Positions 1 through 13,366 of a stretch of DNA of 64,000 nt are shown in pieces. The notes beneath the pieces were generated by a model. It was given only the letters and a program-made list of their open reading frames with translations. It had not been told where the DNA came from and did not search any database. Numbering within the stretch: the stretch's first letter is position 1; every line of letters starts with the position of its first letter. Source of the stretch: Eledone cirrhosa (taxonomy: Eukaryota); the NCBI GenBank assembly GCA_964016885.1, contig OZ024743.1, positions 262,384,001 through 262,448,000 of the forward strand, given 5' to 3'. Position numbers and translations under genes: made by a program.

Positions 1-765
1 ACACACACACACACACACATATACACATGTGCACTCACACCTAGATTCACATACAGATACCTACAAATGTATGCACACACATTCATGTGTAGATATAAAC
101 ATAAACACATACAGTTACATGAACACATGCACACACACATACATACAAATATATACACATGTGTGCATACACATACACACAGATACATGAACAAATATGC
201 ACATACACACAGATACATGAACACATATGCACATATACATAAACATATACACACATGTGTGCACAGACATACACAGATACATGCACATACACATAAGCAT
301 ATACACGCATGTGTGCACAGACATACACACAGATGAAGATTTAGATAGGCATATATACAAATGCGTATACATGACGTAAACATAAACACATACAGATACA
401 TAGACACACATATACACAGTCACATACAAATGTATACACACACACAAATGTAGATCCACACATGCAGACATACAGATATAGACACATACACACACATGCA
501 CACCTACATAAATATATAAACAAACACAGATGTAGATTCACGTACAGATGTATACAAATATAAACACACATACATATGCAGACAAATATAAGTCACACAC
601 ACACACACATGTAGATTCACACATAAAGGCATGCAGACATAATCATAAGCACACATAGATAGATACAGACACTAACACATGTGTACATATACATATACAT
701 AGACACATACATGCACATTCACAAACATGTACATACTTATGTACAAATATATAAAAATGTACACA
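1..765. repeat. Degenerate (CA/TA)-rich low-complexity microsatellite field
   Basis: Continuous acac/atac/gatac motifs; accounts for the His/Thr/Tyr/Val/Cys-rich spurious ORFs. Confidence 0.9.
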
Positions 766-1027
766 CAAGGGTCTCAAACACAGTTCACAGTCCACATGTG
801 GTCCCCAAACTGATATTTATAGCAAGCATGTCAAATATGTGGCCCACAGGATGCAAGCGGCCCTTTACAAGCACACCTGGGGCCCGCACAAAGGTTTTTA
901 CAGTGCGAGCATGTTTTATCTCCGTAAAATTAGTTGTAATGTGCGCAATTGGTTGTCGTATGTGGCCCTCACACAACACATATGTGATCCATGTGGCCCT
1001 CGGGGGACCCTCAGTTTGACATGCCTC
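766..1027. mobile_element. Non-autonomous hAT (Charlie-like) MITE
   Basis: Ends caagggtctcaaac ... gtttgacatgcctc form imperfect TIRs; internal ggccc/gcggccc subterminal motifs typical of hAT-Charlie elements. Confidence 0.6.
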
Positions 1028-1535
1028 ATTTATAGGACAATTTATTGCAATTTACCCATGAATTTTATCAAGAGTAAAAACAGAAAAAAGGGAATTTACC
1101 AAAAGTAAAAATGGAATTAAGAAAGATTTGAACGGAAAATTTGTCCCCCTAAATTTTGTACTAATTCACATATCCCACTTACTATTATATATGTATTTTG
1201 ATGAAAAAAAAAAAAAAAGCCTATCAGTGGTATTACAGATTATAACTGGTGGAAATCATTGACTTCTCCCTACTGCATCTCTCTTTTGGTTTGCTGTGAC
1301 TCTTCCTCAGAACATAATGGCCCTTTTGAGTCCTTGAGTTTCAGACCCTTGGTTTAGACAGATACATAGATTTGACTTCGGTTAGTTTTGATAATGAATG
1401 TACCAGTTATTTAATAAATGGAGCAGCCTGCTCATGTAATTAATGTGTACCCTTAATGAAATTCTCAGGGAGATTCAGCATGATACTGTGTGTAATATGG
1501 CTGGCCCTTTGAATTACAGGTACAGCCCATTTGAC

Positions 1536-1690
1536 AAGCTTCCAACAGTTTCCGTCTACCTAATTTCACTCACAAGGCATGGCTCGATCCTCATGATGTA
1601 GTAAATCACATTTACCCAAAATACCATGCAATGAGTTTGAACCCAGAACCTAATGATTGCAAAGCAAACATCTAAACCATTTAGCCATGC
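1536..1690 (-). mobile_element. tRNA-derived SINE (family C), degenerate
   Basis: cagtttccgtctacctaatttcactcacaaggc body plus tttgaaccc (B-box on minus) and accatttagccatg (A-box on minus); related copies near 45195-45320, 47870-48000, 58260-58410. Confidence 0.55.
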
Positions 1691-2129
1691 TATGTCCACT
1701 ATAGATTACAGATGCATATACAAACATAAACCTGCAAAGATGCTTGGATAAAACATCATACAAAGCATGATATCAAGGGAGCTGCTACATGACTGTTTGA
1801 CTTGCTAGAATAAACAGCCAGGTCCCCCTTTTATCTCACCTTTCTGTTATTAAAAGTGAATATACTGAATAATATAGTCTTGGGTATACTATAGCTGAAT
1901 AAAAAGACTGGTCGATAATGGTTGTAATGTCTTTGGTCATAGGTTTGCTTCATCAAGTTTGTCCTTGGGTTCACCATCACCACCATCATCATCATCATCA
2001 TCATCCTCATCATCATCATCACCATCCATAGCTGTATATTGCCAAATACAGCTATAGATGATGATGTTGTTATACATGAGAAGTTTCATAATGCTTATCT
2101 ATATATGTGTGTTTATTCTTCTTTACTCT

Positions 2130-2392
2130 TTTGATTCTTTTGATACCAAACTGCTTAAAACCATACCTGGTTCTATGATAGAAAACTGTTTATTTTAACG
2201 TGTTTATATTTATCTAAACATCTTCCATCATAATATCATAAAAGAGCTTTTGTTAAGATATGTTCCAAACACCAGATAAGTAATGATAAAGTCAGTTATT
2301 TTAATAAACAACACCAAATCTTTTATTATTTTCAGAATCATTTGAAAATCACAGGCAGTGTCTTTTATTAGAAACATGGTAATAAAAGGGTT
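2130..2392 (+). mobile_element. TTAA-type (piggyBac-like) MITE family P2
   Basis: Shares ttttgataccaa...ggttctatgat...gttccaaacaccag...aaaatcacaggcagtgtctt...ggtaataaaagggtt with copies at 14861-15158 and 28463-28703. Confidence 0.65.
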
Positions 2393-2621
2393 GTCTTTCA
2401 TTAGAAACATGGTAATAAAAGGGTTGTCTTTCATTAGAAACATGGTAATAAAAGGGTTGTCTTTCATTAGACACATGGTAATAAAAGGGTTGTCTTTCAT
2501 TAGACACTGGTAATAAAAGGGTTGTCTTTCATTAGACACTGGTAATAAAAGGGTTGTCTTTCATTAGAAACATGGTAATGGAAGGATTAACTTTCATTAG
2601 AAATATGGTAACAAAGAGATA
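2360..2621. repeat. 33-bp tandem repeat (~8 copies) derived from a MITE terminus
   Basis: Unit gtctttcattagaaacatggtaataaaagggtt repeated from 2360; last two copies degenerate; produces the MFLMKDNPFIT repeat ORF. Confidence 0.95.
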
Positions 2622-3569
2622 ATGTATTGGTCAACATTGGATACAGTTTGACTTGCATAATTATTTGAATACTCTGGGGAACAAAAAAAAAAATGTGTCA
2701 TAAAAATGAAAATAGCCCTTTCTGATAGTATTTTGTGGAGTTGAATCCCGATAAATGTGTAACAGTTTTCTACCAAGTCAGGTATTGGTATTGGTGTTGG
2801 TATAAGATCATGAAACGCAGTGTTTCTCCAAGGTATTCAACAGATCGAAACCCAATCTCAGATATTGGTCACATATTAGTATTAGTATAAGTATAGTGTC
2901 ATGTGTGTATACAGTGATCATGCATTTGTGTGCTTGCATGCATGTGTATACAGTGAATACATTGTTTCTCCAAGATATGCAACAGATCGAAACCCAATCT
3001 CTCTCTTCTCTTCCTTTTGCACTGTTTTTCATTATGGCCTCCAATTAAGTTGGTTTATCAGATGAGAGGACCTAGTAGGTTAGGAGTAGGGTTGATATAA
3101 ACAACATGAAACAAAGTTAATTGGTGCTTATCGCATATGATGACAAACAGCTGTCAAATTCCATGGAACTTCTTAAACTTTTGAAGTAACCCAATAAGCC
3201 AGCTGCCTTTCCTGCTTGTCAAAAAGCTTGCTCCCTTATGTACACACACACAAACCAGTACTGACCCCCATCCCTCTCCCCACATCAGACATCAGTCAAG
3301 ACACCAGGTATCAGGCCCCAGCACCAGGCATCCTACACTAAATAAGGGGGAAAAAAAGAGGTTTAAAGGAAATAAATAAACCTCGCCCAGAGTTGGGTAG
3401 AAGAAGGAAATAGGGGAATTCAGTGGGGAAGTTACTTGGCACCACCGATCCATATTAATATGAAAATGTAATTCCTATTAGACACTTTTTACTTCTTTTC
3501 TAAAGAAGCAGGTGTAAAGAATTACTGATGTGCTTCTCTTGTTTCCAAGATGTCTAGAAATAAGTAAAT

Positions 3570-3830
3570 ACACCATCGCCTGTAATGCAGAAGAGAGGAA
3601 GATGGCTAAATACTGAGAGTTGACTGATGACTGCTTCCTTTCTGTGCCAGTCACTATTGAAACCTCAACTGTCCTCAGTCTCTGAACTGCCGTTTTCTTC
3701 CACAAAATTTGGGAGGAGTGCATCCCACCTGAAGAAGGAGCCCTGTGAGATAGAAAGGCTGATGCAGTGGGGACCGCCGGTTGTTATCTGTAGCAATACA
3801 GGGTGCATCTGAAACATACCACCTAGAATG
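3570..3830 (+). mobile_element. Decayed C-terminus of a CRE-like non-LTR retrotransposon (restriction-like endonuclease domain)
   Basis: Translation with stops and a frameshift: ACNAEERKMAKY*ELTDDCFLSVPVTIETS...GRSASHLKKEPCEIERLMQ...SN, resembling the AE.RK..KY...F.P.A.ET.G...E..WL.QR.S..V.RGN pattern of RLE-type elements. Confidence 0.6.
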
Positions 3831-4263
3831 GCGTGTAGAGTTGGCCACTCCTGCCCCAATTTTCCTTATTTTCACTATTTAATTTTTTCTTTTAATTTTT
3901 TTTCTTTCTATGGGGCTGCGGGGCAGCCAGCGCATGGGCCCCATTTGCTCATAATAGTGAGAGATGGCGAGAGTGGGAGAGATGGAGATAGTGACAGTGG
4001 GAGTTTGGTTCCCTTGTGTTTGGATTTGGTGTATATATGTTTCACAGACACACACTGAGACAACCCAAAGTAACCAACCGATGTATTTATATTATATATT
4101 TTCCTTTCCATGAATGGAGAAGACTATATGCAAACATTTGCTATTTATATCTAACATTGAAAGCCCAAACTGTCCAACACATTTGAATAGTTTTTAAACT
4201 ATTGGAGTCCCAACTGATAAATTTTGCTTATGTTTTCGTTTATTTTATTTCTCAGTTCAACTT

Positions 4264-4993
4264 CTTCATTTAGAGTGATACTCTACCATCTGTACCACAT
4301 CACTGCTTTCTTTTAGAGTGGTACTCTACCATCTGTACCACACCACTGCTTTCTTTTAGAGTGGTACCCTACAATCTGTACTACACCACTGCTTTCTTTT
4401 AGTCTGGTACTCGACCATCTGTACTGCACCACTGCCGTCATTAAATCTTGTACTCCATCTGTGTCACATCACTTCCTTCATTTAGAGTGGTACTCTACAA
4501 TCTGTACTGCACCACTGCCTTCATTTAGAGTGGTTCTCCACCATCTGTACTACACCACTGCCTTCATTTAGAGTGGTACTCCACCATCTGTACTACACCA
4601 CTGCCCTCATTTAGAGTGGTACTCCACCATCTGTACTACACCACTGCCTTCATTTAGAGTGGTACTCCACCATCTGTACTACACCACTGCCTTCATTTAG
4701 AGTGGTACTCCACCATCTGTACTACACCACTGCCTTCATTTAGAGTGGTACTCCACCATCTGTACTACATCACTGCCTTCATTTAGAGTGGTACTCTACA
4801 ATCTGTACTAGACCACTGCCTTCATTTAGAGTGGTACTCTACAATCTGTACTACATCACTGCCTTCATTTAGAGTGGTACTCCACCATCTGTACTACACC
4901 ACTGCCTTCATTTAGTGGGGTACTCTACAATCTGTACCAGACCATGGCCTTCATAAAGTCTAGTACTTCTCCATCTGTGTCATACCACTGCCT
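4264..4993. repeat. 43-bp minisatellite, ~17 copies
   Basis: Consensus cttcatttagagtggtactccaccatctgtactacaccactgc; central copies near-identical, flanking copies diverged. Confidence 0.97.
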
Positions 4994-5984
4994 AAGTCAA
5001 ATATATCTTCCCAGTACTTGTCTGATACTCATTTTATTGACCCTGGTGTGATGACTGACATAGTTAAGCATATTGGAAATTGCTGTGTTTTTTTTGGAAC
5101 ATGGAATTTCATCCACAAGCTAGGGTTTGAAAATCAGTAAAGGGTCCCCCATAATACTCAATGTTGAGATTTTGGAATAAGTCACTGAATTCAAGTATCT
5201 TAATACTATCTTCACTGTTACAGATCAAGGTAAATATGAGATAGATTCCTGCATCAACCATATATCTACTGCATTCTGCTGACTTCAGTCTAGGTCAGAG
5301 ATTAATCAGGCCTAAAAAATTCATATATACCAAGTACTTATTTGTATCATCCTTCTGTGAGATGTAACCAGTAAAAATAGTGAACTTATGCAAGCTGGAA
5401 ATATTTGACCAGATTTGTCTTTGTCAAATCCTCCATGTTCACGCTCTGAAGTTTATCATCACTGCTAGATTTATTCCCTACAACAACTCTTATTAAAAAG
5501 GAGCCTCCATGAGTTTGGTTATATATTCCATCATCCACAAGATGAATTTATTTGTGATTCAGTTGCACCACATCCTTTCATGGGATTACATAAATGTTGA
5601 GATAGACAGCTGAAACTATGGAATAGTATAATCTAGTTGGATCTTGAAATAATATCTGGTTCTTGGTATACACAATTGAAATAGTGAATGGCTGACAATA
5701 TCTGTGTCAGATGGTTGTATTTGCCATACATGGTCAGCTTCTGTTTACAATGCTGTGAATTCACTGGTTTGGAGCCAAATCAAGCCACCCTGGGTGAACT
5801 GTTATATAATTACAAGTTAGATATATAATTAAATATTGCAAATTATTTAGTCTAGCACTTCACTGTCTGTGCCACTAACAGCCATAGATATTTATTCAGT
5901 ACTTGACTGATACTCATTTTAGCGACCCTGGAATGATGACTGGTAAAGCTGAGCACAGCGGAAATTGAACACAGTTGAAACAAA

Positions 5985-5998
5985 AATAAATAAACAAA

Positions 5999-6037
<39 letters not shown>

Positions 6038-6066
6038 AAAATAAATAAAAGTAATAAATAGATAAA
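5985..6066. repeat. (TAAA)n microsatellite
   Basis: Direct reading; follows a degenerate minus-strand SINE tail. Confidence 0.9.
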
Positions 6067-6849
6067 AAGCTCTCAAAATCTCTAATGCTTTTTATTTTCT
6101 GTCTTTTAATTTTGTTTTGTTTTGGTTTTATTATGTAAATATGTACTTTTCAGTTGAAGTGCCAATTGTGAAGAACTATTGGAACCACATGTTTCATAGT
6201 TCGAGTTTGGCAACATGCCATTTCCCCACACAATCTTTTCTCAAAAAAAAAAAAAAAAAAAAAAAAAAATCCGCTTTTATTTCCAGTAAAACACATACAC
6301 ACAATCAAGCACACTCATTAAAACATATCTTACTCTTCTAGAAACAATTATTTATTAACTATCATTTTATTGAAAATAGACATTTGGGTTAAATACCTGA
6401 AATAAGTTATTGTTAACATGATTATATATTTTTAGTCAAATTTAACCACACTTCTTTAGAGAAAGAAAATATCTTTAATTTTTAACATCCTGTACCACCT
6501 GAAATCTCATTAGCCAGACATTCTAGATGGGCATTAAACAGCACAGCAACTGCATCACAAAATTAATGTTTTTACTCTAATACTGTAAATTTCACAATGA
6601 TCTGTCTATCAGTAAAGATATTACAAACATTTGAATTAACAAACGGATTTTATAGATATTTTCTGCTTAATCTTTATGAGTTGATATTTGCACTGGAATA
6701 AGATATCTGATATAACACTGATAAAAAATTATACCAATATTTTGCTTGACAACAGATGCAGTAAGTTCTGGTAACTGATTTATGGGATTTAATGTTTGGA
6801 CATTGAAGATGGAAATGTTGAAATACTTTTAACGTTTTAACAGGTTTGA

Positions 6850-8258
6850 GTTTGACTTCATTGTTGGCTTTCCAAGCACTCTGGCCAAAGTCACAACCTC
6901 AACAGGAAGTGCCCCCTGTTGACCTTTGCAACAGACAATGCAGTTTAAGAGTTTGAGAAAGGGTCATGATTATCTATCATTAGCTGAATATTCCATCTAT
7001 GGATGCCACATCTATAGATGTTGCAGTAATTACCTTACTGAACTGAGTGGCTTTGGCCCTTGACTTTGTAAGTTCTTCTTCCCAGTGTCTTATGTGTTAC
7101 CCCGCTGGTAGATAGCAGCTCTTTCACTGAAACAAACACATCCATCATGCTGCTTTCTATGGCTTCACTGTGACCCTGGATTGGGGATTTTTCATCATTG
7201 AGGTTTACACTTTTAGGGTGATTATTTTAGCCTGGCTCCTGGCCTTTGACCTATCTGGCGTAGCTCTTGGGATCATTGGAGCACACAAACCATGCCACCC
7301 CTTTAAGGTAATAATCATGGGCACATTTCATAATGTTTCTTCAGATCATAGGACAGTATCAGCTAAAATTTGCCTCAGTATAAGATCAAACAAAACACCT
7401 GAAACCAAACATAAATGCTACAACTGGTCATCTCTAGCAAATCCTGATATATTTAAATTACACTAAGAAACATATATAAAGCCCTGCAAAATACTTCTGG
7501 AACTACCACTCCCACTGAAACTATCACTGCACACAAGCAAGCTGCAGATGAGTGCATCTCTCTAAACCAAAAGTTAAATGCAGAGTTCCCTGGGAAACTG
7601 CAGTTGTTATTGAAAAGAGAGAAACACTTAGAAAGATTTCTAAATTAAAAAGGAAAAAAAAACAACAAAACAACAAGATCAACCTAAAACAGTTCTCTAA
7701 AGCACAGAAGAAATTAGCCAAGAAATATAAATTAGAGCAAGAGCTTTATGTACAAAAACAAATCAACAACATCTGACAATAAGCAATCATCAATGACACA
7801 GAAAATTGTTAACAAGGTAAGCAGAAGAAAGAGCTCATCAAAGTCCCAACTGAAAGCAGCAAGTGAAGTTGAACAATTCAAACTGTTGATCACTTTAAAA
7901 AACTACATGGTAAACCACCTGAAATTACCAACTTTGAAATTAGAAAGATCATTCACCATCAAGCTGCTCTAGACATCTGGAGACAACACACTATGAAACA
8001 ACTTCCCATGGTAATTTACTACAAATATCCCACATCATCAGAGAAAGAACAAGATTTATTGCTCCTTGCTGGAGAGCAAGGGATGAGATCATCAGTGACG
8101 GTCTTCTTTGGGAACCAAAGCATGGATATGCAAATGTTGGTTGACTATATCAAACATATATAAAGCAACTGTGTGAGGATTCTTAGTGCATCCGAGAAAA
8201 TGAGCAATGGCAAACCAACAGACTGGAGAGAACAAGTCATAGCCAGATGATGATGATG
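6850..8258 (+). mobile_element. Heavily decayed RTE/RTE-X-like LINE with internal deletions
   Basis: Remnant peptides SDHRTVSAKICLSIRSNK (end of APE domain), PKVKCRVPWET, and ...CWRARDEIISDGLLWEPKHG... near 8070-8125; ends in a (GAT)n tail at ~8245-8260. Confidence 0.6.
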
Positions 8259-8344
8259 ATGTGTCTATTTATGTGTATATAATACACACACACACACACA
8301 CATATTTGTATAAAAAAGGAACAGCTTATATTATATCTATCTAT

Positions 8345-9291
8345 CATCATCATCATCATCACCGTTTTACGTCCGTTCTTCCACGCTAGCATGGGTTAGA
8401 CGGGTTGTCCTGTTGTGGGCAGTGTCTGGTCGGCTGACCATGCCTTGCTCATACAGGAACTGATCTGGCTTGATTTCTACAGCTGGATGCCCTTCCTAAC
8501 ACCAACCTCATTTACAGTGAGTGCTGGGTGCTTTTTCGTGGTGCCTACACGTCCACTTTACAGTGTGGGCTGGGTGTTTTTTTGCCGTGGCACCTCCACG
8601 ACCACCTTGCGGTGGGGGGAGTGGGGGCATATTGTTTATATGCTTCAGCATGTACCCATGGGAGGTCAGGTACCCTGTATTACTGCGTGACGCCAGAAGT
8701 CACGGTCGTGTGTCATTGACTTTGAGAGGTGTAGTTGGGTTAGGTCGGCTTTTATCACCTCATCCCAAGTCATCTTGGGTCTCCCCACTCCGTGGTTTCC
8801 ATCAACTTCTAGTGCTCTGCACCTTTTTATGCAGCTGTCATCCTTCATACGCATCACATGTCCATACCAGCGTAACCGCCTCTCCTGCACGCAGCATTTG
8901 ATTCCTCTTATGCTCAGTCTCTCTCTCAATTCCTTTATGCTTTGTCGTTCACGTATATTACTGTTACACATCCATCGGAGCATGCAGGCTTCGTTTCTCT
9001 CTAATCTACGTAAGTCTTCCACCTTCAGCGCCCAGGTCTCACTACCATGCAACATCGCTGTTCGGATACACGCATCATACAGTCTGCCTTTCATTCTGAG
9101 GGAGAAGCCTTTTGCAGCTAGCAGTGGTAGTAGTTCCCTAAACTTCTTCCATCCCGTTCTTACCCTAGTTATTGTACTTTCTGAGCACCCACCTCCGTTG
9201 CTAATTCGGTCACCTAGGTAGCAGAAGCTGTCTACTGTTTCTACAGGGCCCTCCCAGAGATTGGTGGTACTTGTTTCCTGTGGCTGTTTGC
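8345..9291 (-). mobile_element. 5'-truncated RTE-clade LINE: RT C-terminal ORF (8666-9291) plus 3' UTR and (GAT)n tail
   Basis: Open frame VETVDSFCYLGD...GWKKFRELLPLL...KGRLYDAC..MLHGSETW...RRLRWYGHVMR...GRPKMTW, diagnostic of RTE ORF C-termini; tail reads catcatcat at 8345. The first ~15 aa of the listed ORF come from the adjacent MITE. Confidence 0.95.
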
Positions 9292-9295
9292 TTAA

Positions 9296-9516
9296 CCCTT
9301 TAGCATTTAAATCAGCGATATTCAGCCAGAATTCTCTCACCTCTTTCTATTTAAACTGGCCATAATTGGCCACTCATACTGACGTTAAGGTATTGTTCTC
9401 AAAATAAATAATATCAAAATCTCACAGATTCAATATTATGTGAGATAATTATGTAAGATAAAGCCTTTACCACAAAAATACAATAGTATATATAGAGTAA
9501 TGTAAATACTAAAGGG
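9296..9516. mobile_element. piggyBac-type MITE family P1, copy 1
   Basis: TTAA (9292-9295) + ccctttagcattta ... taaatactaaaggg + TTAA (9517-9520). Confidence 0.92.
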
Positions 9517-9551
9517 TTAAAAGCTCAACAACTATCATTATCATCCTTACC

Positions 9552-9943
9552 AAGGGCGGTGGATTGGCAGTATCGGTAGAGGGTCAGACACCATGCTTTG
9601 CACCACAGTTACGTCCCTTTACGATCTGAGTTCAAATCCCGCCGAGGTTGACTTTGCCTTTCATCCTTACGGGGTCGATAAAATAAAGTACCAGTAATGC
9701 ACTGGGTAATTGCTGGCCTTGTGCCTAAAGTAGAAACAATTATCATCCTTACCAAGGGCGGTGGATTGGCAGTATCGGTAGAGAGTCGGACGCCATGCTT
9801 TGCAGCAAAGAGTTACGGCTCTTTATGGTCTGAGTTCAAATCTCGCCGAGGTTAACTTTGCCCTTCATCCTTACGGGGTCGATAAAATAAAGTACCAGTA
9901 ATGTACTGGGTAATTGCTGGCCTTGTGCCAAAAGTAGAAACAA
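9552..9943 (+). mobile_element. Head-to-tail dimer of tRNA-derived SINE family B
   Basis: Two ~190-bp copies aagggcggtggattggcag...gagttcaaatc(B-box)...gcctttcatccttacggggtcgataaaataaagtaccag...gtagaaacaa, separated and flanked by ttatcatccttacc. Confidence 0.9.
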
Positions 9944-11219
9944 TTATCATCCTTACCTCTGTTATCACTAACCTCATTCAAATTTCATTATCACCACCAA
10001 CACCATCATTATCATTATTACAATCAGAACTATTTCCTCTAGCATTATCATTATAATTACCACAATCAGTTATAACAACACATCAGATACAAATTCAAAC
10101 ACCAGCACTCACCCCCTCCCAATTACCAACACCACCTTATTGTCATCATCTTTACCACCACCACTATTAATGGAAAGGATCTCCGTCAGTTTCAAGGATG
10201 AGTGTTTCAGCTGTTCAATCAATGGAACAGTCTGCACATGAAATTAACAAGTAAATGGCTGAGTATTCCATTCCACAGACGTGTTCCCATTATAGGAAGA
10301 TTCAGCTTGACAAAGATGTGTGACATCTCATTTTTGATGGCAAATAAAGTGTCTTGTTCAAAAACATGACATATCACCAGGAATCGAACTCACAATCTTA
10401 CAATCCTGAGCTGAACACCCTAACCACTAAGCCATGTGCCTTCACCACCACTATTAATACTAGTAAGAATTAATCCACATTTACATACCAGAAATTTCAA
10501 TAACAGTACCACCTACCATCTGTAGCTCTTCTGATAACTAATACTACATCATATAGCAGTTATACATAATTTTGTTTGGTTGGGGTGAAGTAGAGTTATG
10601 GGGACAGAGTTGGAATGGAGGTGGAGAGAGAAAGAGTATAAACACTTTTAAATACCCTAATATTTTATTATAAGCTACCATTTATTATTACACACACACA
10701 TATATGTCTGTCTATATATGAACATATGTGTATGTATGTATATATATATGGATGTGTGTATGTATGTGTGTGTATATATATATAAAACAAATAGACCAGT
10801 GACCATAAAACTTGGAAAATATTTTTAAGAATGACAGCACCTCTACCCTCAATTGATGAGGGCAGGGGATTGGGGCTGTTACTTCGTCTCCTCCCTCTTA
10901 TCTTCAACACCACCAAATCTGGATGATATCAACCAAGAATGTCTAAAAAACACCCAGCCAAAGATACCACAGCTATCAGAGCAAGCAAGCTTCATGAATA
11001 AAGTCTAGAGAAGAATGTGAGAAGTTTGTTTTATTTGTAATACTTCCCATTCTTGTGGTCCCTACATTGTGGTGTGGTGTGGTGATGGGCGGTGTGTGGT
11101 GTGAAGACAGTGGAGTATGAAAGAAGGTCCTATAAGGTTCTGGCTATAATTTTTCTAAACATAACACAAAAGCCTGCCACTTACCCACTTAATTTCCTTA
11201 CATACACACATACATGTTA

Positions 11220-11287
11220 CTGTGTGTGTGTATGTGTGTGCGAGAGAGTTTATAAATGTATGTATGTATATATGTATATATATATAA

Positions 11288-11328
<41 letters not shown>

Positions 11329-11502
11329 TATATGTATGTATATATATATAAATATATATATGTATGTATATATATATATATATATAAATATATATATATA
11401 TGTATGTATATATATATATATATAAATATATATATATATGTATGTATATATATATATAAATATATATATATATGTATGTATGTATATATATAAATATGTA
11501 TG

Positions 11503-11545
<43 letters not shown>

Positions 11546-11563
11546 ATACATAAATATATATAT

Positions 11564-11618
<55 letters not shown>
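11220..11618. repeat. Compound (TG)/(TA)n/(TATG) microsatellite
   Basis: Direct reading; source of the YI-repeat ORFs. Confidence 0.97.
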
Positions 11619-11620
<2 letters not shown>

Positions 11621-13265
11621 TGCAAACCCATATATCACGCATACCTCAGTCAGTAACTAAATGAATGAATATAAAATCACAAATACACGCATGCATGCAT
11701 GCATGCTATTAGGAGTAATTTAAAGAACATAAGATCCCTTATAGCATTACAAAAAGCAAAGAAAAATTTGGAAAACATTGAAACATGTCACATAATCTTA
11801 ACATTCCTAGAGTTGAGCAAAAGTTACAGCCACATATCACCATATCATCAACACTGCTTGTATAAGTGTCACAGGGATGTATACATCCCACTATATAATA
11901 GGTATAGAAAACAAGTGTGTATGTTTTGTATAGATACACATACATAGATTCATGTATATATACATTTGTACATATTTTTATGTGCATGTTTAGGGTGAAC
12001 ATAGCTTTTTTTATTTGCAAACGTTCACATAAAATGTAAATTAAAAATAACTCCTACACATACATGCAAGCAAATATATGCAATCACACACAGATGCAGT
12101 CATACACAGGCAAACACACACATATAAAGGTTGAAGACATTTTCATGTACACACATTCATATATATATGTAGTTTGAAAAAAAAAAAAAATGAATATATA
12201 CACTAAGTCGACTAGTGGTTAGGATGTCAAGCCCTCGATGAGAAGGTTTTGATTTCCTGACTGGGTGGTGCATTGTATCTTTGAGTAAGAGATCTAATTT
12301 TCATGGGGCTCCAGTCTATTAGCTCAAAGAAATGAGTACCAGCATCAGTGTAGGTTTAAGCTACAGATGAACTCATGTTCCATCCCAGGGGCTGTATTAT
12401 ATCTGATGAGGCTCTGGGGAGACTAATTTTTATTTATGTATCTGTCTGTGAATGTATATGGCAAAGAAACACCTGAAGCAATTTCATATGTCATCATCAT
12501 CATCATCACCACCGTTTTACGTCCGTTCTTCCATGCTAGCATGGGTGTGTATATATATATATATATATATTTTTACTTACATACACATATATATATATAC
12601 ATACATATACATATATGTGTGTATGTGTATATATATATATACATATATATATGCACACATACATAAACAAAAATATACAGGCATTCATACATGCACACAC
12701 ATATATATATCTATATAAACACACATCCTTATTTAACTGGATGACATAAACATATATAACTTAGATGAGTTAAGAGGCTATTAAAAAAGGTTTTATGTAT
12801 GAGATGTGTACACCCCATAGAACATGTTTCAGATATTTGTAAATAGCTAAGTATTAAACACTACATCACAAGACACACATCCACACACCAACATACACAT
12901 CCACACACCAACATACACATCCACACACCACCATACACCAATACACACTAACACACACATACACCTACCTCACACACAAACTGAAAGTATATACAATTTG
13001 CTTAGGATAGGAGATAACTATAAAATGGTTTTTCTGTGGTTTATCCTATTTGTTTCACAAAACAAATAGGATAGTTGTTTGGCTGTCATGGAATTCTAGC
13101 ACAATATTACAAAATTTATTGTGTGTCAATCCCCACCTCACCTAAACCATACCCCCCCACCCCCACCTGGAACTATTTATTTATTTACTTTGCTGTTTTT
13201 TATATTTAGAGAAAACAATGATAATCACAATTGTTTCAATCTGTCTGTCTGTCAGTCTATATGTA

Positions 13266-13366
13266 CAGGGTGTCCTGAAAAAATATATACACGCTTTGAT
13301 TACCTGTGCAGGCAATATTTATTAGAATGCTGTTGAAGTATGTATACATTTTTGGGAGACACCCTA
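13266..13366. mobile_element. Tc1/mariner-type MITE (~100 bp)
   Basis: TA + cagggtgtcctgaaaaaatatatacac ... tgtatacatttttgggagacacccta + TA. Confidence 0.75.

Noticed and set aside
4264-4993. Possible CRISPR array
   Set aside because: Contiguous tandem units with no unique spacers, no cas genes, eukaryotic context.
8666-9340. 224-aa ORF as a host gene
   Set aside because: It is the C-terminus of an RTE ORF with a fortuitous start inside the adjacent MITE.
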